Shown: positions 12,660 through 26,627, counted from the first letter of the stretch. The stretch: 64,000 nt of DNA from Octopus sinensis (GCF_006345805.1 NC_043003.1:53196001-53260000), one strand, 5' to 3'. Notes: generated by a model not told the origin, from the letters alone. Numbers and translations: made by a program.

Positions 12660-12788
12660 TATATCTTTTACTCTTTTACTCTTTTGCCGAACCGCTAGGT
12701 TACGGGGACGTAAACACACCAGCATCGGTTGTCAAGCGGTGTTGGGGGACAAACACAGACACACAAACACATACACACACACATACAA

Positions 12789-12790
<2 letters not shown>
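12660..12790 (-). mobile_element. SINE family B 3' fragment
   Basis: CTCTTTTGCCGAACCGCTAGGTTACGGGGACGTAAACACACCAGCATCGG. Confidence 0.8.
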
Positions 12791-12829
<39 letters not shown>

Positions 12830-13296
12830 TTTTACTCAACGATCTCATGTTGAATAAGCCGCGGACAACACGAACTTTGCCATAAATTATACTCCATTAC
12901 TCTTGTTGAGTTATAACATCGGTAAATTTGCCGGCGTAATCTTCTTTTACGTTAGGCACGTCAATTTACAATTAATGAATATTTGTGTGTGTTGTGCATG
13001 CGGTGGGGCAGGTGTATATTTATACATACACACACACACACATATGTATATATTTATACACACACACACGTATGTGTGTGTGTTTGCATACATATATATA
13101 TATTACTGGTATACATATATATGCATACAGTTACATATATGCGTGTGTTTGTTTGTGTTCATATAAAAATATATGTATTTACATAATTATATCTATATGT
13201 ATGTGTGTATATGTAGATATATAGACAGACTGACAGACAGACAGACAGATAGATAGATAGACAGACTGACAGACAGACAGACAGACAGACAGACAT

Positions 13297-13407
<111 letters not shown>

Positions 13408-13618
13408 CACATGTATATATGAATTATATTTTGATACATTATATGTATACATTCGATTGTATAGTGTATTTTCGATTTTTCAGCCTCACATTAATTAATG
13501 CATCTACATATTCTGCACTCAAAATATAATTGATCTAAAAAAAACGTAAGATATTTTAGAATCTACATACTAACAAGAAGAATTTTAAAACGTATATCTT
13601 TACAGAAAAGACAATTTA

Positions 13619-13718
13619 NNNNNNNNNNNNNNNNNNNNNNNNNNNNNNNNNNNNNNNNNNNNNNNNNNNNNNNNNNNNNNNNNNNNNNNNNNNNNNNNNN
13701 NNNNNNNNNNNNNNNNNN
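13619..13718. other. Assembly gap (exactly 100 N)
   Basis: A run of 100 N is the usual placeholder for a gap of unknown size, so the two sides may not be contiguous. Confidence 0.98.
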
Positions 13719-14519
13719 GTAAAAGAATAAAAGAATATATATATGGCTTCGCACAAAATACGTTGTGTCCCTTAGTATTTATTCAGAAATTGAAATCCCG
13801 CCCCTGTTCAGTTTGATCTCGGCAATTCCGAGTTCGATAAAATTAGCACCAGTTGATAAGATAGCTGAGTTTATATATATACATACATACATACATACAT
13901 ACATACATACATACATACATACATACATACATACATAAATACATACATACATACATACATACATACATGCATACATACATACATACATACATACATATAA
14001 ATATATATGGAGAAATTATACAAAATGTATAAGTGGATGATGAGTAAAGCACCAGCACAGCTTCGATTACCTGTAATTATCTGTAGATTGCAGGAACTTC
14101 ATAACAGTATTAATTAATTGAGATAGCAGTATTAATAAAATTGACAGAAAAGAAAGATTTTATATGTATGTGTGTGTGTTTGTGATCATGCTCCAGCATG
14201 ACCACAGTTATATAACTGGAATCCCTAAAAAGAATAAAGGGGAAACATTATTCACATCACAAATAGACTCCTCTCTGCTAATCCTAGGCACTGATTTTCC
14301 TTCTCACTTAAACCAAGAAAGAAAAAGAAAATTAGAAGCCAGCAAGTATTGCAGAGGATGTGTGTGTAAGAGGTTAATTGATAAAAGCCCTACAAACATT
14401 CAAAGAACCATTACATCGTCGGAAAATACCTTGGGGACCTCAGGACTTGATTGCTATCGACTAAACCCGTCCCCTAAAAAACTGCTGACCTTATTCCTAA
14501 TTTAAAAGCCATTATTATT

Positions 14520-14640
<121 letters not shown>

Positions 14641-15088
14641 CCTAAACCTTGTGTATAATACGCACTCCTTCTCTACTTGAGTCGTGTGTAATTAAGCCAG
14701 CAACATCTAGTCGAACAAACACTTCCGCGCATGCGTAATGCAATAGTGGTGATGTTCTTAACTGTTATATGAGAATGTAAATATGTTTGCAAATTGTTTT
14801 TGTTAGATGTTATTCTGTGTTCTGAATACTTTTATTTTAATAAATGTTGCTTACTGCAAGTTATAGATGATTCTTTTATGACTTCATTGCTTTTAGGCTT
14901 AGCTTAAGGTATTTTCGCGCCCGACATCACAAAATGCGTCTGAATAAACATTGCCGGACAGCAAATAGTGACTCGGATATTGCTTAGAAAATATTTTTCA
15001 TTTTTAACCTCATATATAGTACGCACTAGGGATTCTGACCTTTAAATTTTAGGGAAAAAATGCGGATTATACTCGAGGATTTACGGTA
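14641..15088. mobile_element. Non-autonomous pogo/Tigger-type DNA element (MITE-like)
   Basis: Right end TGCGGATTATACTCGAGGATTTACGGTA. Its reverse complement matches the degenerate left end CCTAAACCTTGTGTATAATACGCA. TA at the right end; no ORF. Confidence 0.55.
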
Positions 15089-15516
15089 AGTATTGATCTA
15101 AAGCAGGTTGCCAGGAATGTATTTTTGTCAACATTCGTTTTAAACCTCACATTGAATAGTGGATACTGTGGTTAAATCACGTCTTCTGCCATAATTTTTC
15201 TGCTTATGCAGAATCTGACACATGGGTTCAAAGTGGAGAAGAAAAATGACTTCTTAAAAATATAAGAAAATGCCTCCATTCAGAACCTTATATATTCCAA
15301 ACAGATGTTTTACGAAAATTTATAACAGGTCTTTCAATAAATGTGCTTCTGTTTTCAATTTACCGATGCGCCATACAGTATTCTTGAATACGCACATATG
15401 CATACATACGTGCATATATGTGCATACATCATATATATATATATATATTATATATAATGTAATATAATATATATGTGTGTATATATAAGTATATTATAAT
15501 GTAATATATATATATA

Positions 15517-15560
<44 letters not shown>

Positions 15561-15694
15561 GTGATATGATATATATATGATGTAATACAATATATATATA
15601 TATATATACACACACATATACATATATATGTGTGTATATATGTTCTGTGTGTGTATGTATGTATGTATGTATGTATGTATGTATGTATGTATGT

Positions 15695-16470
15695 ATAGTT
15701 ACTTTAGATTACTTAGATAAGTTTCGGCCGATGTTGGTTCAGACCAAGTTTAATGTAATAGCACCACATGGAAGAGATACAGAGTCAGCTCTTGGGCACC
15801 ATGGCCCATTCGAGCAGAGTGTTATTGTCTTCAGAGACATATCCGGGTGTTGGTGGTTAGTCTCGTATTTGTTGGAAGTAATCATCTAGGGACCATTTGA
15901 ATGCCGTGAAATCATTTTCCTCCTTTATGTGGGCTGGCACGATGCTGAAGAGAGCTGCGCCAGTTGAGGTAAAATAGTTCTTTTCTACTCTAGGCACAAA
16001 GCCCGAAATTTTGTGGGAGGGAGCCAGTCGATTAGATCGACCCCAGTACGCAGCTGGTACTTAATTTATCGACCCAGAAAGGATGAAAACCAAAGTCGAT
16101 GGAATTTGAATTCAGAACGTAAAGACAGACAAAATACCACCAAGCATTTGGCTCGGTATGTTAACCTTTCTTCCAGCTCACCGTCTTGAGGTGAAATAGT
16201 TCTGTCTTAGTGTTGTGATACGACACGAACACGATTTCTGTAGTGGACGGATGGCACGGCGGGGCAAGCCTCGGATGAATTTTAAAGATAATACCTATGT
16301 TATTTGGGCAAAGTTGATGGAATATTTTCCACATCATACAGATGATATAGCGCTCACCTTGGAGGGAGTAAAGCCTGAGCCTTTTGAGTTGATCCTAGAA
16401 GTCAAGGCTTATCATGCCATTTTTTTTGCGATTTATCTCAGGGGAACTTTAATTTTCATATTCTATATCC
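15695..16470 (-). mobile_element. CR1/L2-group LINE 3' fragment interrupted by a SINE
   Basis: Minus strand translates as QLKRLRLYSLQGERYIICMMWKIF..IHPRL..STGAALFSIVP..FKWSLDDYFQQIRD*PPTPG, typical of the CR1-group C-terminus. Confidence 0.75.
15982..16187 (-). mobile_element. SINE family A monomer with 16-bp TSD
   Basis: TSD GAGGT(A/G)AAATAGTTCT at 15966-15981 and 16188-16203. Central TTTCATCCTTTCTGGGTCGATAAATTAAGTACCAG. Confidence 0.85.
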
Positions 16471-17174
16471 TGTGGGGGACATACATACATACATAAATAA
16501 TACATACGTCTACATACGTATGTATGTATGTATGTATGTATGTATGTATGTATGTATGTATGTATGTATGTATGTATGTATATATATATGTGTGTTGTGT
16601 GTGTGTGTATGTATGTATGTATGTATGTAGAGAAAAGGTTAAACTGACTTCATCAACAATCAGAAAGAGAAGCTTATCCACAGTTTTAGGAAATGACTGT
16701 TAATACAAAAGCAACGGAACTTCTCTTTTTAAACTGGTGCAAATGGGTTTAAATCATAAAACTGAGGAGAAAAAATTGCTTTGGATGTAGGCTATAGTTA
16801 AAATTATTTGTTAATTGTTCACTCCACGGATCAGCTCTGATCGGTATTTTTCACACGCATATATATTCAGAACTGCATCGTCCAATGTAACAATTTTTTT
16901 AGTTTATTTATAAAAGAAGTGTGAGTTTTGAGAGAGATTTGGTTTCTAGCAGTCAAGAAGCCAGTGGAGACTCTCTCAGTGGCACAGGCCAATGAAGCTT
17001 GAACATTGATCATATTGATATTTGTTTATCGCATATATAAATATATATATATATATATATGCATGATGGATGCGTGTGTGTCTGTGTCTGTGTATATATA
17101 TATATATGTATGTATATATGTATGCATATGTTAGTGCATGTGTGTATGTATGTATGTATGTACGTAGGTATATG

Positions 17175-17271
17175 TGTATATATGTCTCTTCTATTTTTTA
17201 ATTATGATAAATCTTCCACTGAGGAGGGAGCTGGTTTCCAATAAAGATACAAGGATCCATCTTTGGGATGT
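17175..17271 (-). mobile_element. 3'-end remnant of the (CATA)n-associated RLE LINE
   Basis: Near-copy of 18055-18150; abuts (TATG)n. Confidence 0.65.
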
Positions 17272-17333
17272 ATGTATGTATGTATGTATGTATGTAGTAT
17301 GTATGTATGTATGTATGTATGTATGTATGTTTC

Positions 17334-17381
<48 letters not shown>

Positions 17382-17900
17382 GAGAAAAGGTCAAACTGAC
17401 TTCATCAACAATCAGAAAGAGAGGAAGCTTATCCACAGTTTTAGGAAATGACTGTTAATACAAAAGCAACGGAACTTCTCTTTTTAAACTGGTGCAAATA
17501 GGTTTAAATCATAAAACTGAGGAGAAAAAATTGCTTTGGATGTAGGCTATAGTTAAACTTATTTGTTAATTGTTCACTCCACGGATCAGCTCTGATCGGT
17601 ATTTTTCACACGCATATATATTCAGAACTGCATCGTTCAATGTACAATTTTTTTTTATAAAAGAAGTGTGAATTTTGAGAGAGATTTGGTTTCTAGCAGT
17701 CAAGAAGCCAGTGGAGACTCTCTCAATGGCACAAGCCAAAGAAGCTTGAATATTGATCACACTGATATTTGATTATCATATGTGTGTGTGTCTGTGTGTG
17801 AGTGTGTATATATATATGTTTGTATGTATGTATGTATGTATGTATGTATGTATGTATGTATGTATGTATGTATGTATGTGTGTATGTATGTATGTATGTA

Positions 17901-18052
17901 CAGGGCAGCTGCATCGAACTCTCTCATGCACCAAATAGCAGTTGCTAGAAAGCCTCCATGAAGTGAAACCAAGTAGCAACACCAAATGGCGGTGCCCCAG
18001 CATGGCCACAGCTCATAAGCTGAAACTAGAATCAATCAATCAATCAATCAAT
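17901..18052 (+). mobile_element. 5'-truncated CR1-group LINE 3' end with (ATCA)n tail
   Basis: GGCGGTGCCCCAGCATGGCCACAGCTCATAAGCTGAAACTAG matches the LINE end at 48851-48904. Confidence 0.75.
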
Positions 18053-18054
18053 CA

Positions 18055-18230
18055 TATGTATGTCTCTTCTATTTTTGAATTATCATAAATCTTCCACTGC
18101 GGAGGGAGCCGGTTTCCAACAAAGATACAAGGATCCATCATTGGGATGTAGTTAACAGACAAATTCACATGCGGTACTTGAGAAAAGTCTTGCATATTTT
18201 TACTGTACCACTCACAGATTGCACATTAAT
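18055..18230 (-). mobile_element. 3'-end remnant of the (CATA)n-associated RLE LINE
   Basis: Minus strand encodes VQSVSGTVKICKTFLKYRM*, matching IQAITGTAKICKTFQKF at about 49230-49290. Confidence 0.75.
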
Positions 18231-18418
18231 GTACGTATATGCCGGTCGATTTCTCTTTCTAAAAATTCTTGCTTATCCAGATTCTCCCTTAAGCATTTAC
18301 TAACAAAACCTAGTGTTCCCATTATGTATGTATGTATGTATGTATGTATGTATGTATGTATGTATGTATGTATGTATGCTTGTATATATATATTTATATA
18401 TGTATGAATATGTATGTA

Positions 18419-18590
18419 TAGGCGTCGGAGTGGATGTGTGGTAAGTAGTCTTGCTTACAAACCACATGGTTCCGGGTTCATTCCCACTGCGTGGCACCTT
18501 AGGCAAGTGTCTTCTATTATAGCCCTCGGCCAACCAAAGCCTTGTGAGAGGATTTTGTAGACGGAACTGAAAGAAGCCTGTCGTATATAT
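18419..18590 (+). mobile_element. SINE family B 5' half
   Basis: Head and CORE-like segment, ending in expanded microsatellites. Confidence 0.85.
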
Positions 18591-18603
18591 GTATATATAT
18601 ATA

Positions 18604-18673
<70 letters not shown>

Positions 18674-18969
18674 TGTATGTATGTATGTATGTATGTGTAT
18701 GTATATATATGTATATGTATGTATGTATATATGTATATATACGTATGTATGCATGTATGTATGTATGTATAAATAAATAATATATATATAAATTAGAGAA
18801 GAACCACCATGTAGCAATTCAACAATGATATAACAATGATATAATTAAATTATACCATATAGAAAATTAATATAAGATAAACATATACTAATAATTAAGT
18901 AAAGTTCAAAATAATAAATAGTATATAATTGGTAAATTATATATAAAATATATATATATATATAATATA

Positions 18970-19011
<42 letters not shown>

Positions 19012-19284
19012 GGCATAGGGTATTTGAATCCGGGCAGAAATTTTATTAGCAGTCTGATGTAATCCAGATCAGTCTGACCACATCGAATGGTAGTGACATA
19101 CAGAATTAAGATCTGTAATTTCGCTGTTGTTTCACTCGATAAGTAAATCCTGAATTTGCTTCCCTGGATTTCACGCAGTATACACTGTGTGTAATCGTGA
19201 CAACATAAGGAATATAGAGAATTATACATCTTCAAAATTTATGATGCACATGTAATGAGTAGGTAATACATAGATGAAAATACA

Positions 19285-19550
19285 TAGATGGAAACTGAAA
19301 GAAGCCCGTCGTATATATGTATGTATGTGCGTGTACATATGTTTGTGTGTCTGTGTTTGTCCCCCTAGCATTGCTTGACAACCGATGCTGGTGTGTTTAC
19401 GTCACCGTAACTTAGCGGTTCGACAAAAGAGACCGATAGAATAAGTACTAGACTTACAAAGAAGAAATTCTGAGGTCGACTTACTCGACTAAAAGTGGTG
19501 CTCCAGCATGGCCACAGTCAAATGACTGAAACAAGTAAAAGAGTAAAAAG
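19285..19550 (+). mobile_element. SINE family B 3' half
   Basis: GAAACTGAAAGAAGCCCGTCG through GTGCTCCAGCATGGCCACAGTCAAATGACTGAAACAAGTAAAAGAG. Confidence 0.85.
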
Positions 19551-19844
19551 AGAGAGAGAGAATCAGTTAGTTATGAGGGAAACGTATTTGGTTTTTTTTT
19601 CTTACAGATTCAGGAATTACGTAGAAACTTCGTTGCTAATCGTTGATTTTGCTAAGTCCCCGGTAAACCTCTTTCCGAACAAATCTATAAAACAAGGTGC
19701 CCCACACAATATTATTCCTTTTTTTTTTTTTTTCTTGAACATACCATATTACCTAGTACTACTTCCTGCAATGTGTCCTTTCCTTTTCAAAGACAGCATG
19801 GTGTAATATGAAGAAAAAATATCTGTTGGTATCTAGCAAATTGA

Positions 19845-20076
19845 AAGGCGGTGAGCTGGCAGAAACGTTAGCACGCCGGGCGAAATGCTTAGCGGTATTT
19901 CGTCTGCCGTTACGTTGTGAGTTCAAATTCCGCCGAGGTCGACCTTACCTTTCATCCTTTCGGGGTCGATAAATTAAGTACCAGTTACGCACTGGGTTGA
20001 TGTAATCGACTTAATACCTATGTCTGTCCTTGTTTGTCCCCTCTATGTTTAGCCCCTTGTGGGTAATAAAGAAATA
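19845..20076 (+). mobile_element. SINE family A monomer with 17-bp TSD
   Basis: TSD GGTATCTAGCAA(A/G)TTGA at 19828-19844 and 20077-20093. tRNA-like head GGCGGTGAGCTGGCAGAAACGTTAG..GAGTTCAAATTCC. Confidence 0.9.
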
Positions 20077-20915
20077 GGTATCTAGCAAGTTGAGTGATAG
20101 TTTGTTGTTCCTTGTTGACTGTTGTTATTGCAACTGCTGCTGCAGCTGTTCCTTATTCCCACGTTAGAACTGATCGAGAAAAGATATGATCAAAGACTTT
20201 CCAACTGTGATTTTCTTTCCCCGCCACCCAGACGATATATCAAGGACTACATTATCCAATATGTCCGTTTTTAAGAAGATAGGAAATAATTTCAAGCAAG
20301 TCGATGGATATTTCGAAGTTGAGTGACCGCAGTGGAGACCCTTTTTCGCCTTTTTGCTTTTATTTATTTATTTATTTATGTATTTATTTATTTTACTAAA
20401 CATTTCATAAGGTCTTAGTAGCTTCTTGGCTTGTGTTCCCGTCGAATGGTGTCAACTCAAGTTCACATCGAGTTCAGTCTAGTCCTCTCACGAGGCTGAG
20501 ATTTTAAAATGTTAATCCCTTTATTATGTTTAGCGAACTCAGTTCTGTTGGGGAGATTAAACCTACTGATCTGTAAAAGTATATTTTCGTTGTTTTAGAT
20601 ACTATTTCTTATCGAAAACTGTTAGTGGTTGTGTCTGTTTTAAAACATTCCATTGTAGTTGTATATATTGTCCCCTTAATCCATAGAGTCAGGTTTCTCG
20701 ATGGTCCTGAAATCATGTAGTTTTTCTTCACGCTAGTATTCGCAATGACAAACTTGTAGTTTGGTTGAAAATGGTTGATGTGTGAAAGGAAAGCGTAGAC
20801 TTTCCAGAAGTCTGCAGTTCAGAAAGGAATTAAGAGTGTGTAGTAGGAGTGCTGGGAGATGAAGAGCTGACTATCGTATGGTTTTGAATGGAAATGATAG
20901 TGGCATCGTATTTAG

Positions 20916-21040
20916 CAATTCAGTGAAGAAGCAGCCGGAGACTACATACAGCGCAACTGTTTGGACGCTGGCAATTTGGCACAGTTGACTGCATTTTCAG
21001 CCTCTTTTGACGACAGTGCTTTTTGGCGCTGGAGACAAAT
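20916..21040 (+). other. Possible isolated exon (unassigned)
   Basis: Non-repetitive segment between TTTAG| and |GTGAGT with one open frame (QFSEEAAGDYIQRNCLDAGNLAQLTAFSASFDDSAFWRWRQ). No homology recognised. Confidence 0.2.
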
Positions 21041-21074
21041 GTGAGTGCGCAAAGTAATATATACAAACAGATAG

Positions 21075-21162
<88 letters not shown>

Positions 21163-21314
21163 GGACGGACGGACAGTGACTTTACAATTTGATTGAATAC
21201 GATTGCCATATACACTTTCCCTCTCCTCATATGCATAAAGAGAAATATGTTCAGAGAGAGAGAGAGAGAAGTAAGAGAGAGTAAAAGAGAGAGAAGGAGC
21301 GAGTAAGAGAGAGA

Positions 21315-21390
21315 GAGTAAGAGAATGAGATGGAGAGAGTAAGAGAATGAGATGGAGAGAGTAAGAGAATGAGATGGAGAGAGTAAGAGA
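21315..21390. repeat. 22-bp tandem repeat (about 3 copies) within a (GA)-rich tract
   Basis: GAGTAAGAGAATGAGATGGAGA repeated. Confidence 0.85.
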
Positions 21391-21819
21391 GAGAGAGAGA
21401 GAAACATTAAAACGTCTGATGTCAAATAAGGCATCGTTGAATCAGTGTCACCAAATAGGCGTCACCGAAACGACTATACAAAAACGTCTCATACTCTACA
21501 TAAAAGAGTAAAGTCGACGTGGAATGGGAATCAGCACATCAGTAACCCAGTGGTTACAGCATGTTCAGAGTTGAAGATTTACTAAAAAATTAAAGTGCTT
21601 TTTTCTCTTTTTATGACAGTGATCTATGATGTTTTGTATATGCAGAGGCTGTTTCGTTTCAGTTCAGTGTATCACTGTATTGACCAAACTATTGGATGTT
21701 GTAATACACACTGCAGGTCACGATGCGTTTTAGTTATTCGTACAGTTATTAATGTCATTGCGCTTATACCTTATAAAGGATCAGTGACTGTTGAGCGATG
21801 AAGATTCAACAATAATAAT

Positions 21820-22215
21820 TCTCTTTAGCATAAGCAAAAGGCACAAAACTTTGAGGGAGGGACTGGGACGATTACATCGATTCCTTTGCAGAAAAGATGA
21901 AAGGCAATATCCGCCTCGGCCGAATCAGAATATAAAGCCAGAAGAAATGCTGCTATGCAGTTTTTCCGACCCGGTAACGATTCTTATTTCTTTACTTCCC
22001 ACAAGGGGCTACACACAGAGGGGACAAACAATGACAGACAAACGGATTCAGTCGATTATATCGACTCCAGTGCGTAACTGGTACTTATTTAATCGACCCC
22101 GAAAGGATGAAAGGCAAAGTTGACCTCGGCGAAATTTGAACTCAGAATGTAGCGACAGACGAAATACCGCTAAGCATTCCGCCCGGCGTGCTAACGTTTC
22201 TGCCAGCTCGCCTCT
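21820..22215 (-). mobile_element. Young SINE-A copy nested in or next to an older SINE-A copy
   Basis: Degenerate copy at 21820-21980 followed by a near-consensus copy at 21985-22215. Confidence 0.75.
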
Positions 22216-22913
22216 TTAGATCCACCAATAATAACACGGCAGCTCTAGTGGATTAAACCTCGGTAAAATAAGTACCAGTTGAGCACTGGAGTCGGTGTAA
22301 TCGACTAAATACTGTTCCTTAAATTGCTGAAATCGAGCCAGAATTTGAAACAATTATTATTACAAACAGTGATCAACTTCACTTTCCATCTCTACTGTAT
22401 AGAACAGCAGCTCTTTAATGTCAAGTGCTCGATTAGGAATATCACATGTTTTCCTCGTAAATCCCCGAGATTGACAGTAACGTTTCTAGATAGTTTCTTC
22501 GTTGTAAAGACTCTTTAAATCGAGACTAACATATTAAAAGCTTTGGTGTCTTCGCCGATAACGGAACAACACTTCAGAGCTTTGGCAGATTTATGATCCT
22601 ATCTCTTACGTTAAATTAAACGCATCAGATTTATTGACTTCTGTTGACACAAACCAGCCTTTTAGACTGTTGATACTTTTAGCTTCCACCAGACTAGCCA
22701 TTAGCGCTCATTTCCTTGCTCCGGACATTGCTACTGTCACTTATTTCCTTGTTACTTTCACTGCCCGCTTTTAAGAAAAACTACGAGACTCCCTTTTCAA
22801 TTGAAACGCCGCTCTGTATTGGCAATGAATACCGCTGTCTCTACACAGAAAATGGCTGTCAACGGAAGAAAATTAAATCAAATAACAGCCAAGGAGATGA
22901 ATAAATAAATATA

Positions 22914-22960
<47 letters not shown>

Positions 22961-23769
22961 AGCCGGTTTTAGAGGGATATGAATATTTTATTCTCAACAT
23001 TTTCACACTTCGAAGACCAAATTCACACTTCAGATAATTAAAATAATTTGCTCGAATTGCTAAAGTTACAACTGCTCTATTAGCTATCATTAGCTTATAT
23101 TTATTGTTTAACTCAACCTAGTTAGTTCATATTTATCTTCCTCTTTGATTTGACTTTTTCTTTTCCCCTTTTATTTATATTTTTAATTTTTTAAGAAAGC
23201 TAAGCATTATCTTTCGTTCAAAGTAAAGCTGTTATTTTTTTATTAAATAGGCTGCGACTGACATAATTACTGTGATATCTTCATTGTATTCTTTTTTACC
23301 ATTTAACTCTTTAACTATCCAAAACACTTTTTTTTTCAGACTTTTAGTTAGCTCTTCTTTCATACGTTCGAAGTTACTCTGGTACTTGAAAAAATAGGGA
23401 ATATGTATCATATATGATGTATGGACGCCAGTGGATTGCCCTACGTATCATGTGATACACGGGGCAGGCAAAGGGTTAAACATTTATATTTCAGTATTTA
23501 TTGCTTCCTTACAATTACCAGTTTGTTGACAAAAATCACTGAGATACATATATACAGTTTGAGAAGTCCTAACTGTAGGAAAGAAATTTACGAGAGAAGC
23601 CTGCAAGTCAATAAACTCCTAATATATTCACAGAGGTATTGTATAGGCGTTGTTGTATTCGCCCGTTAATCTAACAAGCAACTGTGAGCTAACAGTCACC
23701 GTCCTCAATAGTGGGTTTTCAGTTTGGTTCGAACAGATATCTACTAAAACTAATAACTAACTAACTAAC

Positions 23770-23816
<47 letters not shown>

Positions 23817-25299
23817 ATGTCAGAAAATGGCTGTCAGCCCCTAAGTGTGTAACTGAATACTGGATCGGTTGAAAATAACAAAGGGAGTAACTGCAATTGC
23901 GGCCAAATGTCCCTCAGATCATAATAATTGATTTTAAGTCAGAAGAAAAATTTAGATAATATAGTCCCACCTTTCAGGGCAGTCTTAGCAGCATTATAGG
24001 CTCCTGGAAAATCAATGTGCGGGGCTTCACTTACTGACCCATGAAGCCCTGTGTGGCCATGCCTTGGGACAACACTGTTACACTAAAATGACGTGATGGT
24101 CGTGGGATCGAATAAACTTGATCATAGGCCTACTTAATCAGAATGTATTTGAAGTTAATCAACAACAGGATATTTCGCTTACGTAGAACCAATACGAAAA
24201 CATCCAACTGGTCACTCGATCTGCTAAAAATGGTAGCCTAATCTCTCCTAGATTATGCCCTATTTTCTTACATTACATAATGTAGTCCAACCATCAGCCA
24301 AAAAGACGAAATGCTTATGGCTGGAATATATTTTATTATACATTTATTATCGGTCAAATTTTAATCAAGGTTCACGTGGTGTCTAAGCAACTACAGCAAC
24401 AACAACAACAACAGCAACAACAATAATAAGAGTTAGGGATGCTACCATTCTTATTGCCGATTTCCATTCTCAACAATACATCGGGGACAATTGTTTTATT
24501 GTACTAAACATTCTGCAGGTGGCGGTTCCATCCAGTCTAAATGTGAAAGGGTCAAATACATCAGATCAACCAGCATTCGCTTATTCAGTTGTCAACACCT
24601 CTACTCTCACTTTCTAGCTTTTACACTCATTTCATTCCATTTCATTTTATGTCACCCACAAACTAATAACGCTCTTGGATATACCAACGAAAAGACCATG
24701 GACGTTTAGGAAATAGAGGACTGTAGTTAGAGAGAGAGAGAAAGTGTGGGCAAGACTAAGTACGATATGTCGGAGGAGATGATGTGTTGAAGAGGGAGGA
24801 TGAGGAGAGAAGAGCAGTGAAAAGTGGAGTGAGGAAGGAGACAAGCAAAAGAGTGACAAACAAAGGGAGGGAGTAAGTCGTGCAATGTAATCACTTATTA
24901 CAAGCCATTAATCTTTCGCCCCAACAAGGGCCCTCTCCAAACATTATATCTGTTGTGTTGATGTGTATTTTATAATGCTACTTCTCACAGTTTTGTAAGT
25001 GATCAGTCTTGTTATTGCCGCCGTTCGTCCTCAGATGTTTTATTTACTTTTCTTATTGTTATCATCTTGGGTGTTTTTATTTTATTTTATTGATATTGCT
25101 ATTCTCCTTGTTGTTGTTGTTGTTGTTGCTGTTGTTATTGTCATTCATGGTGTTTTACACACGCACGCGCGCGCACTCGCTCAAGCACACACACACACAC
25201 ACACACACAAATTTGTTCGCGCCTCTGCTTGCTTGCTTATAAGTGTGTGTGTGTGTGTGAGTGTGTGTGCACAGAGAAAGAGAGAGAGAAACAAAAAGA

Positions 25300-25344
25300 G
25301 ACCTTCTACGTACCTATTTGCTTTCATACATGTGTGTATGTATG

Positions 25345-25395
<51 letters not shown>

Positions 25396-25845
25396 GTGTA
25401 TACGTATATACATATGTATATATGTATGCGTGTGTGTATATATATGTATATATGTGTGTGAGCATGAATGTATGTATGCATGTATGTATGTGTGTGTGCA
25501 TGCATGTATGTATGTATGTGTGCATGCATGCATGCATGTATGAATGTGTCTGCATGCATGCATGTATGTATGTATGTGTGTGTGTGCATGTATGTATGTA
25601 TGTATGTATGTATGTATGTATGTATGTGTGCCTGCATGCATGTATGTATGTATGTGTGTGTGCATGCATATATGTATGAATGTGTCAGCATGCATGTATG
25701 TATGTATGTATGTGTGTGCATGTATGTATGTATGTATGTATGTGTGTGTGCATGTATGTATGTATGCATGTATGTATGTATGTATGTGTGTGCATGCATA
25801 TATGTATGAATGTGTCAGCATGCATGTATGTATGTATGTATGTTC
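25300..25845. repeat. Compound (TA)/(TG)/(TATG)/(TGCA) microsatellite with about 130-bp higher-order repeats
   Basis: TGTATGAATGTGTC(T/A)GCATGCATG recurs at about 25536, 25673 and 25802. Confidence 0.85.
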
Positions 25846-26037
25846 ATATATATTTTATCGTTTTGATATTTTTTAGACCTAGTTGATTGCCTTATATGTT
25901 TGTTAGTACTCTTTGTTATTGTTACGCCAATGGTGCTGCTACTTATGGCGATGATGGTAAATAAACATCCTGGACGCAGGATGTTTATTGTGCTGTTACC
26001 ATAAATATATATACACACATATATACATACATATTTA

Positions 26038-26104
<67 letters not shown>

Positions 26105-26169
26105 CATACATATGGTGCATGGCTCGTTTTGTTTGTGTCATGAAGACGTCGACATCAATGACAATGAGG

Positions 26170-26506
26170 ATAAAGGTGGTGGTGGTGGTGGTGGTGGTGG
26201 TGGTGAGGATGGTGGTGGTGGTGGTGGTGGTCGTCGTCGTCGTTGTCGTGGGATGATGATAGTAGATTCAATGTTGACATTGCCTCAGCCCGGGTGCTGT
26301 GTGTCAACTAAAACGGGGAGTAAGCATGATGTCAATAATGGCGATTGCCAACAGCATTATGTAGAGGTGTTTATTGTGTTTATGGTGATAGTAATGGGTG
26401 GTGGTAGGCTGCTGGTGCTGGCGGTGGTGGTGGTGGTGGTGGTGGTGATGGTGGCGGTGGTAGTGTTGGTAACAGTGGTGACAGCGGCAGAAATGATGAG
26501 GGCCCA

Positions 26507-26554
<48 letters not shown>

Positions 26555-26627
26555 CAGCAGTAGCAGCAGAAGCAGCAGAAGCAGCAGAAGCAGCAGTAGT
26601 AGTAGTAGTGGTGGTGGTGGTGGTGGT

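Larger units (their letters stand above)
16515..18150. repeat. Local tandem duplication (core offset 752 bp)
   Basis: About 400 bp starting AGAGAAAAGGT(T/C)AAACTGACTTC at about 16629 and 17381, plus a second shared block at 17175-17271 and 18055-18150. Confidence 0.9.

Noticed and set aside
13619-13718. Long-range relationships across the gap
   Set aside because: The 100-N placeholder means distance and orientation between the two sides are not established, so no synteny claims are made across it.
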